Notes: generated by a model from the letters alone, not told the origin. 64,000 nt of DNA from Octopus vulgaris (GCA_951406725.2 OX597818.1:14756001-14820000), one strand, 5' to 3'. Positions 25,953 to 39,940 are shown, numbered from the stretch's first letter. Translations and numbers: made by a program.

Positions 25953-26017
25953 ATAGAGTGACCAATGGTTTCGCATCCATGAAGGCCTTGACCCGTAAAC
26001 CTCTCGTCAGACTCTAT
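25953..26017 (-). ncRNA. Type I hammerhead ribozyme with canonical core (GUC cleavage triplet)
   Basis: Minus strand ATAGAGT CTGACGA g-29nt-c GAA ACC ATT GGT C ACTCTAT; 7-bp stem I, 3-bp stem III. Confidence 0.8.
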
Positions 26018-26397
26018 AGCCGAAAACAAGTGTAACTCTTCACCTCTGGGAGGCAGGTATCCGTTACGGTCATTTGGTCAGTTAGTCACGAAAGACTAAA
26101 TAGTCCGGGGGTGTCAATGAGGACGGATTATCTTCCTTAGACCAGGTTTTGTTGTCCGGTGGTGGGAGCAAGAGATTTATCTCTTGGGCTGCTTTTGGAT
26201 GGATCGTAAGGGCCCTTCCGGCTCTAATAGGAAAACGGGGAATCCAATGCTTGCAGCGGGTAGCGTTTGGAATGGACGTAAGGGCTGTAAATTTGCTGTT
26301 ACATTTAAGACCCTAGAATAACAGCTTTGTGTAGCCGAGGGAGCAAGGATACACAAAAACTCCCTAGAAAAGGGATCACTGAACACTCGCAAGGAAA

Positions 26398-26781
26398 TCT
26401 CTCTATATATAAACGGCAGTTTGCCTGTGCGTGTTTCTGTGTGTCTGTTTGCTTGTACCCTCACCCTGACCACGGCTTTCAACCGATTCTGATGAAACTT
26501 GACACACACATAGCCCAATGTCATAATTCAAAACTAACGCAGCGAACATTTTGAAAAGTTCCCCCAGTTCTGAAAAAATCGATAAATTCGACATGGGGTC
26601 GAGAATTAGAAACACGAACCACAAACTGTCTAGGGGACGCAACTCCACCTTTTTTAAATCTCAAAAAAAAATTTACCATCATTTTTTTCCATTTTTTTGC
26701 TATTTTTTGGCTATAACTCTCTAAAAATGCTTTATAGTTATTTCCCTTACAAACCTGAGCAACGCCGGGCGATACTGCTAG
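26398..26781 (+). mobile_element. Non-autonomous Helitron
   Basis: 5' TC after A, 3' CCTGAGCAACGCCGGG hairpin-like motif then CTAG before T; no TSD. Confidence 0.85.
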
Positions 26782-26906
26782 TTTACATATATTTACGACG
26801 GCATTTGAACCCAGAGTGTAAAGACAGATGAAATGCCAGGCACTAAGTATTTTGCCACGCGTGCTAACGATTCTGCCAGCTTACCACCTTATAGCACAAA
26901 CGCACA

Positions 26907-26960
<54 letters not shown>

Positions 26961-27049
26961 TCACATTAAAAGTCATTTAAAACAAAATAGCAAACGTCAT
27001 TAAAATATATAAAAACGAAACTTTTAAACAATTATAAAATAAATATATT

Positions 27050-27198
27050 GTGCGGTAAGTAGCTTGCTTACCAACTACATGTTCCGGGTTCAGTCCCACT
27101 GCGTGGCACCTTGGGCAGGTGTCTTCTACTATAGCCTCGTGCCGACCAAAGCCTTGTGAGTGGATTCGGTAGACGGAAACTGAAAGAAGTCCGTAGTA

Positions 27199-27254
<56 letters not shown>

Positions 27255-27580
27255 TAATCCAGACAAGAAAACAAAAAAAAAAAAAAAACACAGCAACGCG
27301 AGGACGTGGAACAAATAAAGTATTATTGGACGCTCAGGAAAGAAGGGAAGAAGGATACGTATGTGTGTTTGTGTGTTTGTGCTTGTCCCCATCAACATCG
27401 CTTGACAACCGATGCTGGTGTGTTTACGTCCCCGTAGCCTAGCGGTTCGGCAAAAGAGACCGATAGAATAAGTACTAGACTTACAAAGAATAAGTCCTGG
27501 GGTCGATTTGCTCGACTAAAGTCGGTGCTCCAGCATGGCCGCCGTCAAATGTCTGAAACAAGTAAAAGATTAAAAGAGTA
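27050..27580 (+). mobile_element. Family A SINE with a Penelope-like fragment (27250-27355) in its (TA)n tract
   Basis: The insert is the reverse complement of 38870-38965. Confidence 0.8.
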
Positions 27581-28374
27581 TTATTTAACACACACACACA
27601 CGTAAAAATAGCTTATACACATACATACACAAACTTGTATGTATATGTGTAGATATACACACTACAAACACATATATACACATATATACACATACACCTA
27701 TGCATTCTTATATCCTAAATATAAGGTGAGCACAGTCATAAAATTTAAATGTAAAAAAATAACGAAACAGTTGATAATAAATATCGGTTCGGATACAAAT
27801 GAAAATCGATTCCATAGCAGAAAACTTTAATTCGTTATTAACATTGAACAATACAGAATGAAACCGAAAGAAAAGACGTTTTATATGAGGAGGTTATGTA
27901 TGTATGTATGTATGTATGTAGGTTGGTAGGTAGGTACGTACGTACGTATATATATATATACGTATGTATGTGTGTATATACGTATGTATGTATATATTTA
28001 TGTGTGTGTGTCTTTGTGTCTGTCTCCCCACCATCGCTTGACAACCGGTGTCGGTGTGTTTATCTCCCGTGCTCTAGCGGTTCGGCAAAAGTTACCAATA
28101 GAATAAGTACTAGGCTTACAAACAATAAGTCCTTGGATCGATTTCTTAGACCAAAAATCCCATTATGGCGAGGCTCCAGCATGGTCGCAGTCGACTGAAA
28201 CAATTCAAAGAATAGATATATAGCTGCATGGCCTTATTTAGTTTGTATGTTGTATATTTATTTCATTTTGTATGTATAAATATATTTGTGTCGTGTTTCA
28301 TTTTATCACTGTCCCCGTCGTTCGCTCGCTATTCCTAGCAGCTTCCAGCTGGTGATGCCACCAAAACATTCTTA

Positions 28375-28768
28375 TCTATTCAAGGCACAAAGCCCGAAAT
28401 TTTGGGGGAGGGGTCGGTCGATTAGATCGATTCCAGTACGCAACTGGTACTTAATTTATCAACTCCGAAAGGATGAAAGGCAAAGTCGACCTCGGCGGAA
28501 TTTGTACTCAGAACATAAAGACAGACAAAATACCTATTTCTTTACTGCCCACAAGGGGCTACACACAGAGGGGACAAAAAAGGACAGACAAACGGATTAA
28601 GTCGATTATATCGACCCCAGTGCGTAACTGGTACTTAATTTATCGACCCCGAAAGGATGAAAGGCAAAGTCGACCTCGGCGGAATTTGAACTCAGAACGT
28701 CGCGGCAAATGAAATACGGCTACGCATTTTGCCCAGCATGCTAACGTTTCTGCCAGCTCGCCGCCTTG
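28375..28768 (-). mobile_element. Family B SINE with internal tandem duplication
   Basis: 28415-28520 repeated at 28600-28700; CpGs retained. Confidence 0.85.
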
Positions 28769-29467
28769 ACGCCACCAAAATATTCGTTTGAATATCTTCT
28801 CGTAAACCAAGATATTTCTGTATTCCAAGATTTAGTTGTACACCAAAAGTTAATATTGCTTTTTGAAAGGTAGAATGTTAGAGAATAACTTTGTAAAACT
28901 TAATGGATGCATAGTGAGTTAGTATGTTGCTTTATGGAACTGTAAACAACAGTCGTAATGAATATCTTCTCGTTTATGAATAGGTGAGTGAAGAGATGGA
29001 TAGTTGTCCATCTTTTCAGAATAAAATAGCAATGAAATACAGGAATTTTGAATCTAGTTTTTCCAGACTTCCATATTAAAGCTATAGAGTAAGTAGAATG
29101 AGAACAACTAACTAACAAATGAAAAACCTGTTGAATCTTTTTGAGTCTTGTCTAAAACTAATAGTATTTCTGCCTTGAGCCTCTGTCATTGTCCGGCTTG
29201 AATTTACACAATGCAGCAAATAAATTCATATGCTATTTAATGTAACAATATTTGCGTTACATGAAATAGTGATATCCAACTATTCGCTGTACGAAGAAAC
29301 TTCTAATTCTCCAATCAGTCGTTCGACCAGCAAGTAATAACAGTCAAATTTCTATCAATCACTCTCTATCTTCTTAAAAAGAAGTACATATTGGATTATG
29401 TAGTTCGAGATACACCATGCTTGAAAATAGGTAGTAGAGTTGCCATATTTAGAATGCCTTTAAGCTT

Positions 29468-29866
29468 ATACTCTTTTACTAGTTTCAGTCATTTGACTGC
29501 GGCCATGCTGGAGCACCGCCTTTAATCGAGCAACTCGACCCCGGGACATATTCTTTTGTAAGCCCCGTACTTATTCTATCGGTCTCTTTTGCCGAACCGC
29601 CAAGTAACGGGGTCATAAACACACTAGCATCGGTTGTCAAGCAAACCTAGGGGGACAAACACAGACACACAAACACACACGCATATATATATATACATAT
29701 ATACGACGGGCTTCTCTCAGTTTCCGTCTACCAAATCCACTCACAAGGCTTTGGTCGGTCCGAGGCTATAGTAGAAGACACTTGCCCAAGGTGCCACGCA
29801 GTGGGACTGAACCCGGAACCATGTGGTTGTTAACCAAGCTACTTATCACACAGCCACTCCTGCGCC
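29468..29866 (-). mobile_element. Full-length family A SINE
   Basis: Minus strand GGCGCAGGAGTGGCTGTGTG...GGTTCAGTCCC...GTAAAAGAG. Confidence 0.9.
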
Positions 29867-31824
29867 TATATATACTTAGTTAAAAGTGATTTGGCACTGA
29901 ACAACATCAACAGCAACAATGGGTTGGTGTTTGTTAGAGCACCTTACTCCGTTAAACGTTTATCTGTCTTCATTATGGACTCATTAGCAATGAGGGGATA
30001 CGAATTTAAGAGCTTGACTCTCTGTCAGTTCAGTTGACCGCATTTCTCCAATTACGTCACAGAGAACCTGAATCACTGGCATTTAGTTATAACAACAGTC
30101 CATGTTTATAAACATCTGTTAATGTAGTAATAACATTAATTAATTAATTGACCTTTCATGATTATGGTAACTTGATATTGGAGAAATCGTTACTATTGAT
30201 TTTAAAATGATGAAAATTAATTCTTATATCACTAGGAAGTGATTCTATCCCTAATTTCTCCACGGATCCCGAGGAAGAGATCATAACCCCGAAATATCGA
30301 AACATTAGTTAAAACACCAATTGTTATTCTGCTTTGCCTTTTTGTAGTTCACTTTGTATTTCATTCCGCAATTGTTTCGGCCCTATCTAAAAAAAATATC
30401 TAATTTTTATATCATTTGTGCCTTTCCCAGTAGTATTAGCGGTGTAAGTGAAGTGTTTGAGACTGAAATTGAACACATGCTCACTTCAGCTTATTCATAC
30501 AAATAGCGTCAAAATGTTTGCTGTACGAAAACAGGACTAAGGTCTTTGTATGATTTCAGTTAATATGCTGTTGTATTCAACAGCCTATGGTTGGATTGAC
30601 TAATTACTTGCGACTATTCATATGCGAGGCAGACAAGCATCTTCCTGTGACCAATCTGAAATCAAATCTGCTGAACAAAGTCAGGCTTCACTATGCACAG
30701 TACGAATAATTCACATACAAATTAGTAATCAAGAAATACGTAAATTGAGGTCATACATCAGTGAGATCAATAACAGAACTTGCAGATCAGCAGCAGGCTT
30801 TAAAAGCTATGATAGAGCCTACAGCAACCACGTACTATAACTGTAGCAGTGAAACGGATGGGAACGCAATATACCAAGTGTATAATTTTAGAGAAACTGA
30901 AATTATATTCTTGGTACATCCATTATTTTCCAAAGTAGATACTGTATTAACAGCTGATAAAATCATGAAGTGATGTATGATGGCTGAAGTGAAACATTTG
31001 GATTAAAGTGGTTAAGATGTCTTTAAACATACCATGCAATCTTCTTGACAAAAATCAATTCTGTTCCAGATAGTGATTAACCACAAATGTATTATTCATT
31101 TTGACTATAACATTCTTCTTAATCGCAATCATAACCATCATCATCATCATCAACATCAGATTTCTTTATAACGTCCATTAAGTTGTTATTCATCAAAACA
31201 TGTCATTTAGCTCCAATAATTCGCATTATTTTTCAAATTTTAAATCCTGTTACAACTCAGTATTGCTGCTTCCATGAACATTTTCTTACATTCGGGGAAA
31301 ATTTGGTTTCTCCTGCATTAGTTTAGTTTCTAACGTTAAAAATTTGTAATTTTGCTAATGTGCATTTTGACCATGTTGCCAACAACTGCTTAGCGAAAGT
31401 TATTACTTAAATTTTTCTTTATATTTACACAATTTTACATTTCTTTTACTCTACTCAGAAGTATTAAATATCATAATTCTTGAATATTTTATCGATTCAA
31501 TCTTTGTATTCGAATTACGAGAGAAGCACTTCCTCAGTCGGTTAACCTTTAAAGCTAATTATTTTACACTAGAATGCAAGAAGTAAACCGTTTCTTCGGA
31601 ATTGCAACACAATATAAAGATCGTATTTTAGCAAGGTCTGAATTTATGAATTTAAAAAATCACCTGTCCAGGCTCTCCATATTTCAATTCTTTTATTTTT
31701 ATAATTCTCTCTTCTCTTTTATTCGTTATGCTTTTCTTTAATCAATAATTTGCTATTCTTTGCAATTCAATTTTTGAAGTAGAATCTCATTTGATGAAGT
31801 TACATCGTTGATGATAACAGTGAT

Positions 31825-32020
31825 TTCAAATTTTGACACAAGGTCAGCAAGTTCGAGTTAATGGCAAGTCGATTACATCGACCCAATGCTTGACTGGTTC
31901 TTATTTTATCGACTCCGAAAGGATGAAAGGCAAAATTGCCCCCGGCGGCATTTGAACTCAGAACGTAAAGACGGGCGAAATGCCGGTAAGCATTTTGTTC
32001 AGAGTGCTAATGATTCTGCC
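31825..32020 (-). mobile_element. Family B SINE
   Basis: Match to family B copies. Confidence 0.8.
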
Positions 32021-32977
32021 TTTCGTTGATGATAATATGGGATGTAGTTCATTGTGATTTAGTGGAACTTTTCACCGTTATATGTGGAAGAGTTCTTAAG
32101 ATAAATCTAGTGTGATAGATTTAAATTAAGATCAGCCTGAAAAGGAATAGAGCTATCTTGATATATTTTAATCTGATAAGGAGGTATAGTGTCCGTAACT
32201 TTTCTAGGCATCACTAAACTTGCTACTATATATGCCTCTGTCCCTCAGAGGTAACTAATCTTGCATCTCCTTTATTAGGGCACTATGGCACCTACTTGTC
32301 CTGTTGCTTTCCATCCTTGAACTTTTTTTCTAAACCTGCACTGACCATTATTCCTACTCCTTCTCCCAAACATCGTCCCTCTGGGATGTCCCTTCTCGTG
32401 TCTTTCCTACAAATGTTGAAATTCAACACTTGTAGACATCAATCTCACCAGTCTCGGAAGGCCTACAAAGTCATGGGAACAGTACTTTTCTTCAGACACA
32501 ATATGTAAAACAAAAATGATATTCCTAATATATGTATAACCGTCGAACTTAGCTTCAATTTTTTCATAAGTTCAAATGACAATGCTAAACCACATCGCTT
32601 TACGTGTGGTTGCCTAAGGTTAAATACTTCGAAGATCCGAATGTGGCTATAAATTATTCTATCGTCGGCCGATGTCTATCATATCCATTAGTGTTCAGAA
32701 CGTTGTTCAAAATAGCCTACAAAATACCTAACTGTATTGTACTTTGTAATCTGTATAATACTGCGTCTTTTGGAACGTTTCTAAAGCGATGATCGTTTCC
32801 AGAGTGTTGCTATAATAGCCTAAATTTGTTTGTATTTATTTTACTTACATTTTATGTAACAATACATACATACATACAAACACACACGCATACATACGCA
32901 CAGACAGACTCAGCTTACATATCCTTTATTAGAACGCTACAGCACCCACTTGACCTCTGTTGCTTATCACCTTTTTG

Positions 32978-33032
<55 letters not shown>

Positions 33033-33039
33033 ATATCTA

Positions 33040-33094
<55 letters not shown>

Positions 33095-33199
33095 AAATCG
33101 TATTAACTCTAGGTAAAAAGCTGGTTTATGAAATGACTTTATCCATGCCCGTTTCTTTTCCGTCCGCATAAGTGTCGTACACGTCGTTCGCCATTATTT

Positions 33200-33264
<65 letters not shown>

Positions 33265-33267
<3 letters not shown>

Positions 33268-34016
33268 TCTATTTATAAAACTGAAATGCGAAAAGTTTGT
33301 TTGTTTGTTTGTTTGTCTGGAACGGTTTAAAGGCCACTACAACCCGTCGGATTGACTCCAAAATTTACAGGGACATGTAAAATGAGGTGAGAATGTTAGT
33401 GGGCTAGGTTATAAATCCCTATCTTAAAAGGTGTCATTGCTAGGGCAAAAAACGCACTTTGACAAGTCGACTCACATTCTTTTATGTATCTGTCTTTCTC
33501 CGTCACTCACTATCTTTCCTCCCTTCCCATCACTTTCTATATATAACGTCGATAACGGCGTCTAACAGCGCTTTCACACACTCTCTCTCTCCCTACGTCT
33601 GTCTGCATTCATAGAGAGAATTATCATCGCCACCACAACCACACAATCATGAGAACAAATATTTATTGGGTTCATTTATATATGTGTGTGTGTGTGTTCT
33701 ATATATAAATATGTATATATAATGTATATATACAAAGTGTATATATCTGTATTTATGTATATTAAACTTTTTAATACTTTTTGATAGTTATATATATATT
33801 TTTTTAAATTATAAATATAAATTTATAATTTTAATTTTAAATTTAAATAATTTAAACTTTTAAATTTTATATTTTATATATTTTGTACATTATATTTTTA
33901 TTTTTCTGTTTTGGGTTATGTTTTTCACTGTTTCATTTGCCTAATAGTGGTTTTATCTGTAATTTAATTTATATATAGATATATAATTTGTATACATTTG
34001 TGTATATATAATGCGT

Positions 34017-34061
<45 letters not shown>

Positions 34062-34064
34062 GCG

Positions 34065-34098
<34 letters not shown>

Positions 34099-35303
34099 TA
34101 AGGGTAGAAATTGATATTTATCAATTAAGACCAGTGGTCTAGCATATTAAAAAAGAATCCGAAGATTAAAATATTTATATATACCAATCAAGGACTGAAC
34201 ACGAAAAGTGGACAGTCAACATGCTAGATATAGACGTCAAATCGTCATTCTCCACAAAAGATTATGTTCTCAGATCAAACTCAAGTTTGATCTGAGTTTG
34301 TTGAGTTTGATCTGAGAACATAATCTTTTGTGGAGAATGACGATTTGACGTCTATATCTAGCATGTTGACTGTCCACTTTTCGTGTTCAGTCCTTAATTG
34401 GTATATATATATATATATATAATGTGTGCATTATGTGGTCGGTTATGCTGAAAATATGCACACCTATGTTAAAAGTGCTGGCAAGTTTGCATGACAACTA
34501 TTTTTTTCCTCAAATTAAAGGCGTCACCTCTAGGACAAAATTCCTCATCTTATAAAATGTGGCCTCGAGTAGACCCGAATGAAATCGGGTTATATTAACC
34601 AAAATGTGAAAAGGGGTCTAAATGGGGCTGGAAGGTGATTAAAATTTACAGGAGCAGGTGTTTAGGAATTCTCTGTTACATGAAGCTAAAAAATTTGCGC
34701 TAGCCTTTAAATCGTTAATGTGTTGTCGTCCATGATGAAGAAGTTTTGAATGCTTGCCAAGGTGAGTCTACTGTCGTGAGAAAGTATCACTTCAAAACTT
34801 CGTGTTTAGGAATTTTCTTTTACAACATGTTCAAAATTTTACGCCAGCCGTCAAACTGCCACTACGTTGTTGTCCGTCGTTAAGAAATGCCAGCCATGGT
34901 GACTCTACTATCCTCACATTCTATCCCTTCAAACTTTGGTTTCCAATATTTTTCTTTTTTTATTCAGCTCGCAAGTTCGTCTGTCCCTTTTAAATGTTAG
35001 TGTTTTGCTGTCTGCCTTGAAGCAGACCTTTCCGTTGTCACTGCCTGATATTTATGATTGATCTTTCAAAATATTTTACTTTCTCAACTTACTCAAGATC
35101 TTTTGTTGTTTATAAATGGGAGAAAGATAGAGAAAGATAGAGAGTAAGAGAAAGCGAGGGAGAGTCCGAGAGAAAGGAAGAGTAAGAGAGTGGGAAAGTG
35201 AGAGAGAAAGGAGAGAGAAACAAAGAGGGAGAATGTGGTGATAAAAAACAGAAAGTAAGAACCACACTCTTACCCGCGGGTAGAGCGGGTCACCTTAAGC
35301 TAG
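33265..35303 (+). mobile_element. Non-autonomous Helitron (about 2 kb) with nested TA-targeted inserts
   Basis: 5' TCTCTATTTATAAAA...(GTTT)n; 3' hairpin ACCCGC-GGGTAGA-GCGGGT then CTAG (35300-35303) before T. Confidence 0.75.
34176..34409. repeat. Inverted repeat, 109-bp arms with one mismatch, 16-nt loop
   Basis: 34176-34284 is the reverse complement of 34301-34409. Confidence 0.95.
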
Positions 35304-35430
35304 TATATATATATATAAATTAAATTAGAGATAAAACCACTATTAGGTAAATCAAACAGTGACAAACATAAACCAAAACATAGAAATAAAATTAATTAAT
35401 ATAATATACAAAATATGTAAAATATAAAAT

Positions 35431-35582
35431 TTCAAAATTTAAATTATTTATATTTAAAGTTAAAAATTTAAAATTATTAATTCATATTTATAAATTTATA
35501 TATATATATATATATATAAATTTATAAATATGAATTAATAATTTTAAATTTTTAACTTTAAATATAAATAATTTAAATTTTG

Positions 35583-35584
<2 letters not shown>
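35431..35584. repeat. 154-bp perfect AT-rich palindrome centred on (TA)n
   Basis: Arms are exact reverse complements by eye. Confidence 0.9.
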
Positions 35585-35644
<60 letters not shown>

Positions 35645-35932
35645 TTTTTTAAATATATATAACTATCAAAAAGTATTAAAAAGTTTAATATAAGATAAAA
35701 AGTAAAACCACTGCGATCGTTTCATGCCCATAACTTAATTCGAATAACAATAATTTAAATTCAATTAAATATATTCAATATAAAATTGTGTGCATTTAAA
35801 CACAAGAGAAAACTACCTTTAACAGGTAATTTTTACACGCTAGAAGAAGCGGTCAAAACGGCCAAAACCACATTTAAGAGCAATTTTCGAAGGGAATCAA
35901 AAATAAAAACTTTTACCTTCTTATTTTTTTAC

Positions 35933-36001
35933 GGTTATACCTAGGTTTCAGATTTCTTTAGCAATTTAAATAATTTGCTAGGCGAATCCTCATCAGTAAC
36001 C
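35933..36001 (-). ncRNA. Type I hammerhead ribozyme (GUA triplet, palindromic stem III)
   Basis: Minus strand GGTTA CTGATGA GGATT cgcc TAGCAA attatttaaa TTGCTA aaga AATCT GAA ACCTAGGT A TAACC. Confidence 0.85.
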
Positions 36002-36161
36002 ATGTTTAAATGTACACTATTTTATATTGAGAATATGTTGTCTATTGACTTTTTATACATGCTAGGCCACTGGTGGTGAAATTTCTAAAAATATTCGCTA
36101 GCCTATATATTTACGTATATATATATATGTATGTATATGTAAATATATATATATGTGTATG

Positions 36162-36215
<54 letters not shown>

Positions 36216-36258
36216 AGGGTGGGGCGCGTATGTATATATATATATATATATATGCTGG

Positions 36259-36325
36259 CCAGATTGGAGCAATCTCGAGTATAAACAGCCAAAATTGCAA
36301 AGATAATTTGGAACTCGACTGAGGA
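36259..36325 (+). ncRNA. Candidate permuted hammerhead with a G12A mutation
   Basis: CCAGATT gga GCAAT C TCGAGT ataaacagcc AAA ATTGC aaagat AATTTGG a ACTCGA CTGAGGA. Confidence 0.55.
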
Positions 36326-37279
36326 AAGAAAATCCCAAATTACCTGTCCTTGTTTTCTTTGTATCGTCTATTTGCATGTTTTGTTGCTCCTTTTTTTTTT
36401 GTATCACCTAACTGTCTGGATGTTTTGCGTTCTGAAAGTATTATCTCACATTGCAATAGAGACGTAATACAAAAATAGTGTAAGAGATGAGATTGCTATA
36501 GGCTCGCATTAAGCAAGAAGTTGGAAATTCTTTTGGCCCATGACACTGCATGGACCTTGGCTTTTGTATTTGTCGCTTGTTGCTTTAAGTATTTTATTTC
36601 GATTTTATGTATAAATGTATGTATATATGTACATATGAGCCAATGAGGGAGACCTCTATATGGTAGCTAGACCTGATAGAAATAGCAGCCAAATTTCCTT
36701 CAAAACACCCTACTGTCTTATTCCGACAAATCTGCCTATTATGTAGCTTTTATGAGAAACTGTAACTAAAGATTAAGATTATTAGCCCCAAAATGTTACA
36801 CGTTTTAACAGCAATCAATTTTTTTCTCTTTTTTGCTTAATTAAAACGGTTGCCTTTATCTCGTACTTTCTCACGTCAGCTGTAAAGGTGAAGAGGGTTA
36901 ACTTGGATGGTGTTAAGTTGTGGAGATGTTTGGTGATTGTATGTGGTGGTTACTTTTGACTGTTTCTTTTCAATAAGGATAATTGATAGTTAACGAATCA
37001 TAACACAATATATATACAACTTCAAGTGGAATCGGACATCATAGAGAGGCAGAGAGAGGAAAGAAGAGAGACAACATGGTGACGGTTTTGGCTGACTGTC
37101 ATTCTGTACTTCCCTTGTTGCTAGTGAAATGGTATGTACCGGCTGTCTGAGCAAACTCGTTGCTTATAATGAGGGAATACACAGGACAAAAAATTACAAA
37201 AATAGCGATTCTCACTATGAAACTAACAACTATGAAAAACCTTTTAAATTGCTGGACGCCCCGCTCTCTCATGTGTCCA

Positions 37280-38034
37280 TGTTTAAAATTACAACGCGAT
37301 CGGATGAACAATACTCGAGTTATAAGCGCACAGACAAACAGACAGAACGGGATTTATATATGAGGGCTGGCCGTGATCTAGTAATCTCAAGATTAATCAG
37401 CCGAAATTGCTACGATGGTCCGGTTCTTGACTGAAGACTGAGGGTTTCGAGTGTCCTGTCCGTGTTTGTTGTGTCGTCTTCTAGGAGTTATACGTTCTTG
37501 TCCATGTTGTATTTTTCTACATACCTTAACATATATTCCAGGCGCCCCGTACCCCCCTTAACATTTATGTGAGCACATATTCTTAATAATTGGTACGACT
37601 CTCTGTTTGTCTCTCTCTCTCTCATTTTTACTTGATCTGTCCCCCTCTCTCTCTTTTCTCTCTACTCATCCTCTTTTTCTCTTCTCTTTCCTCTGATTCT
37701 TTGGTCTAGTCTTCCACTACCCTCCTATTTCTTTGTCTCGCTCTGCACTCACAGGTCATTCTTCGACACCCATCCCTTCTCCTCTCTGATTCCTTCTTTC
37801 TCTCTCTTCTCTCTTTGTTGCGTTTGTCCCTCCTCTCTCTCTTCTTCTTTGCTTCTCTTTCTTTTCTTTTCCTCTTCTCTGTCACGTGACTGTTGGCCGA
37901 AATCTGCCTTTCAGCCTCTGACCCTCGTTCTGTTAACATCGCTGTTTTTTAAAATTACAACGCGATCGGATGAACAATACTCGAGTTATAAGCGCACAGA
38001 CAAACAGACAGAACGGGATTTTATATATATCAAG

Positions 38035-38035
<1 letters not shown>
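37280..38035 (-). mobile_element. Two tandem Helitron 5' ends (about 80-bp direct repeat at 37282-37361 and 37948-38030)
   Basis: Minus strand A|TCTTGATATATATAAAATCCCGTTCTGTCTGTTTGTCTG... Confidence 0.6.
37369..37441 (+). ncRNA. Candidate non-circularly permuted hammerhead ribozyme
   Basis: TAGTAAT C TCAAGA ttaa TCAG cc GAA ATTGCTA cgatggtccggt TCTTGA CTGAAGA CTGA; core intact. Confidence 0.7.
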
Positions 38036-38097
<62 letters not shown>

Positions 38098-38099
<2 letters not shown>

Positions 38100-38308
38100 T
38101 CTTTTACTCTTTTTACTTGTTTCAGTCATTTGACTGCGGCCATGCTGGAGCACCGCCTTTAGTCGACCAAATCGACCCCGGGACTTATTCTTTGTAAGCC
38201 CAGTACTTATTCTATCGGTCTCTTTTGCCGAACCGCTAAGTGACGGGGACGTAAACACACCAGCATCGGTTGTCACGCAATGCTAGGGGGACAAACACAG
38301 ACACACAA

Positions 38309-38363
<55 letters not shown>

Positions 38364-38518
38364 TACGACAGGCTTCTTTCAGTTTCCGTCTACCAAATCC
38401 ACTCACAAGGCATTGGTCGGCCCGGGGCTATAGCAGAAGACACTTGCCCAAGATGCCACGCAGTGGGACTGAAACCGGAACCATGTGGCTTGTTAGCAAG
38501 CTACTTACCACACAGCCA

Positions 38519-38519
<1 letters not shown>
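38098..38519 (-). mobile_element. Family A SINE
   Basis: Near-identical to 29468-29866. Confidence 0.9.
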
Positions 38520-39289
<770 letters not shown>

Positions 39290-39657
39290 AATGTAGCTAT
39301 TTACAGCATGGGGGTTAGGCGAGAAATTTTAAGAGACAAATATTGTATGTACTATGTGAAAGAATCCTTCATATAGTACACAAGATATTTGTGGCATGCG
39401 ACACAGTGCATGCGAGCTTTCTTCCTCTCCTCCTCCCTCTCTCTCCCCATGTGTTTTGGGGTGGGGTGTATAAAGTTTTATAATGTGAAGATGCAAGTGT
39501 AATGCTGTGTGAAATATTATATGGTGTACAAGTTTTTAAAAAATGTGTTTTACTTCACTCATAATCTTGAAAAGAGGACATACTTGTGCAAGTTCATTCA
39601 GTACATTCCCACTAAACATACGTAGAAATATACACATACACACACAGGGTCACACAA

Positions 39658-39724
<67 letters not shown>

Positions 39725-39777
39725 TATGCACATTTATATATATATATATATACATATATATATAGATTTATATATAA

Positions 39778-39940
39778 CGAGAAGGTTTACGAAAATAAAC
39801 AAAAGACGAAGGCATTTGTATGGCGCTCAGGAATAGAAATAGAACAAGTCTTTTAAGTTTCGAGCCTACGCTCTTCGACAGAAAGATACACAGAAAAGAA
39901 ACAAGGAGAGAAAAAAATGCGTGTAGGAGCTAATGGTCCA
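39778..39940 (-). mobile_element. Penelope-like terminal fragment with a minimal hammerhead variant (39849-39886)
   Basis: Minus strand TCTTT CTGTCGA A GAGC GTAG GCTC GAAACTT A AAAGA; same family as 45120-45830; abuts (TA)n. Confidence 0.6.

Larger units (their letters stand above)
35310..36100 (-). mobile_element. AT-rich Penelope-like pseudo-LTR with hammerhead(s); partial inverse copy at 33760-33980
   Basis: GATAAAACCACTATTAGG and AACTATCAAAAAGTATTAAAAAGTTTAATA are reverse complements of sequence at 33760-33960; ends in (TA)n. Confidence 0.6.

Noticed and set aside
28770-29230. Unique-looking segment with short minus-strand ORFs
   Set aside because: All three minus-strand frames contain stops and gave no identifiable protein.
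30265-30305. CCCGAGGAAGAG...CCCCGAAATATCG hammerhead-like remnant
   Set aside because: Several core mismatches and no stem I; cannot be supported.
30510-30973. Overlapping short ORFs that might be a decayed secreted-protein exon
   Set aside because: Stops, a frameshift and no diagnostic motif.
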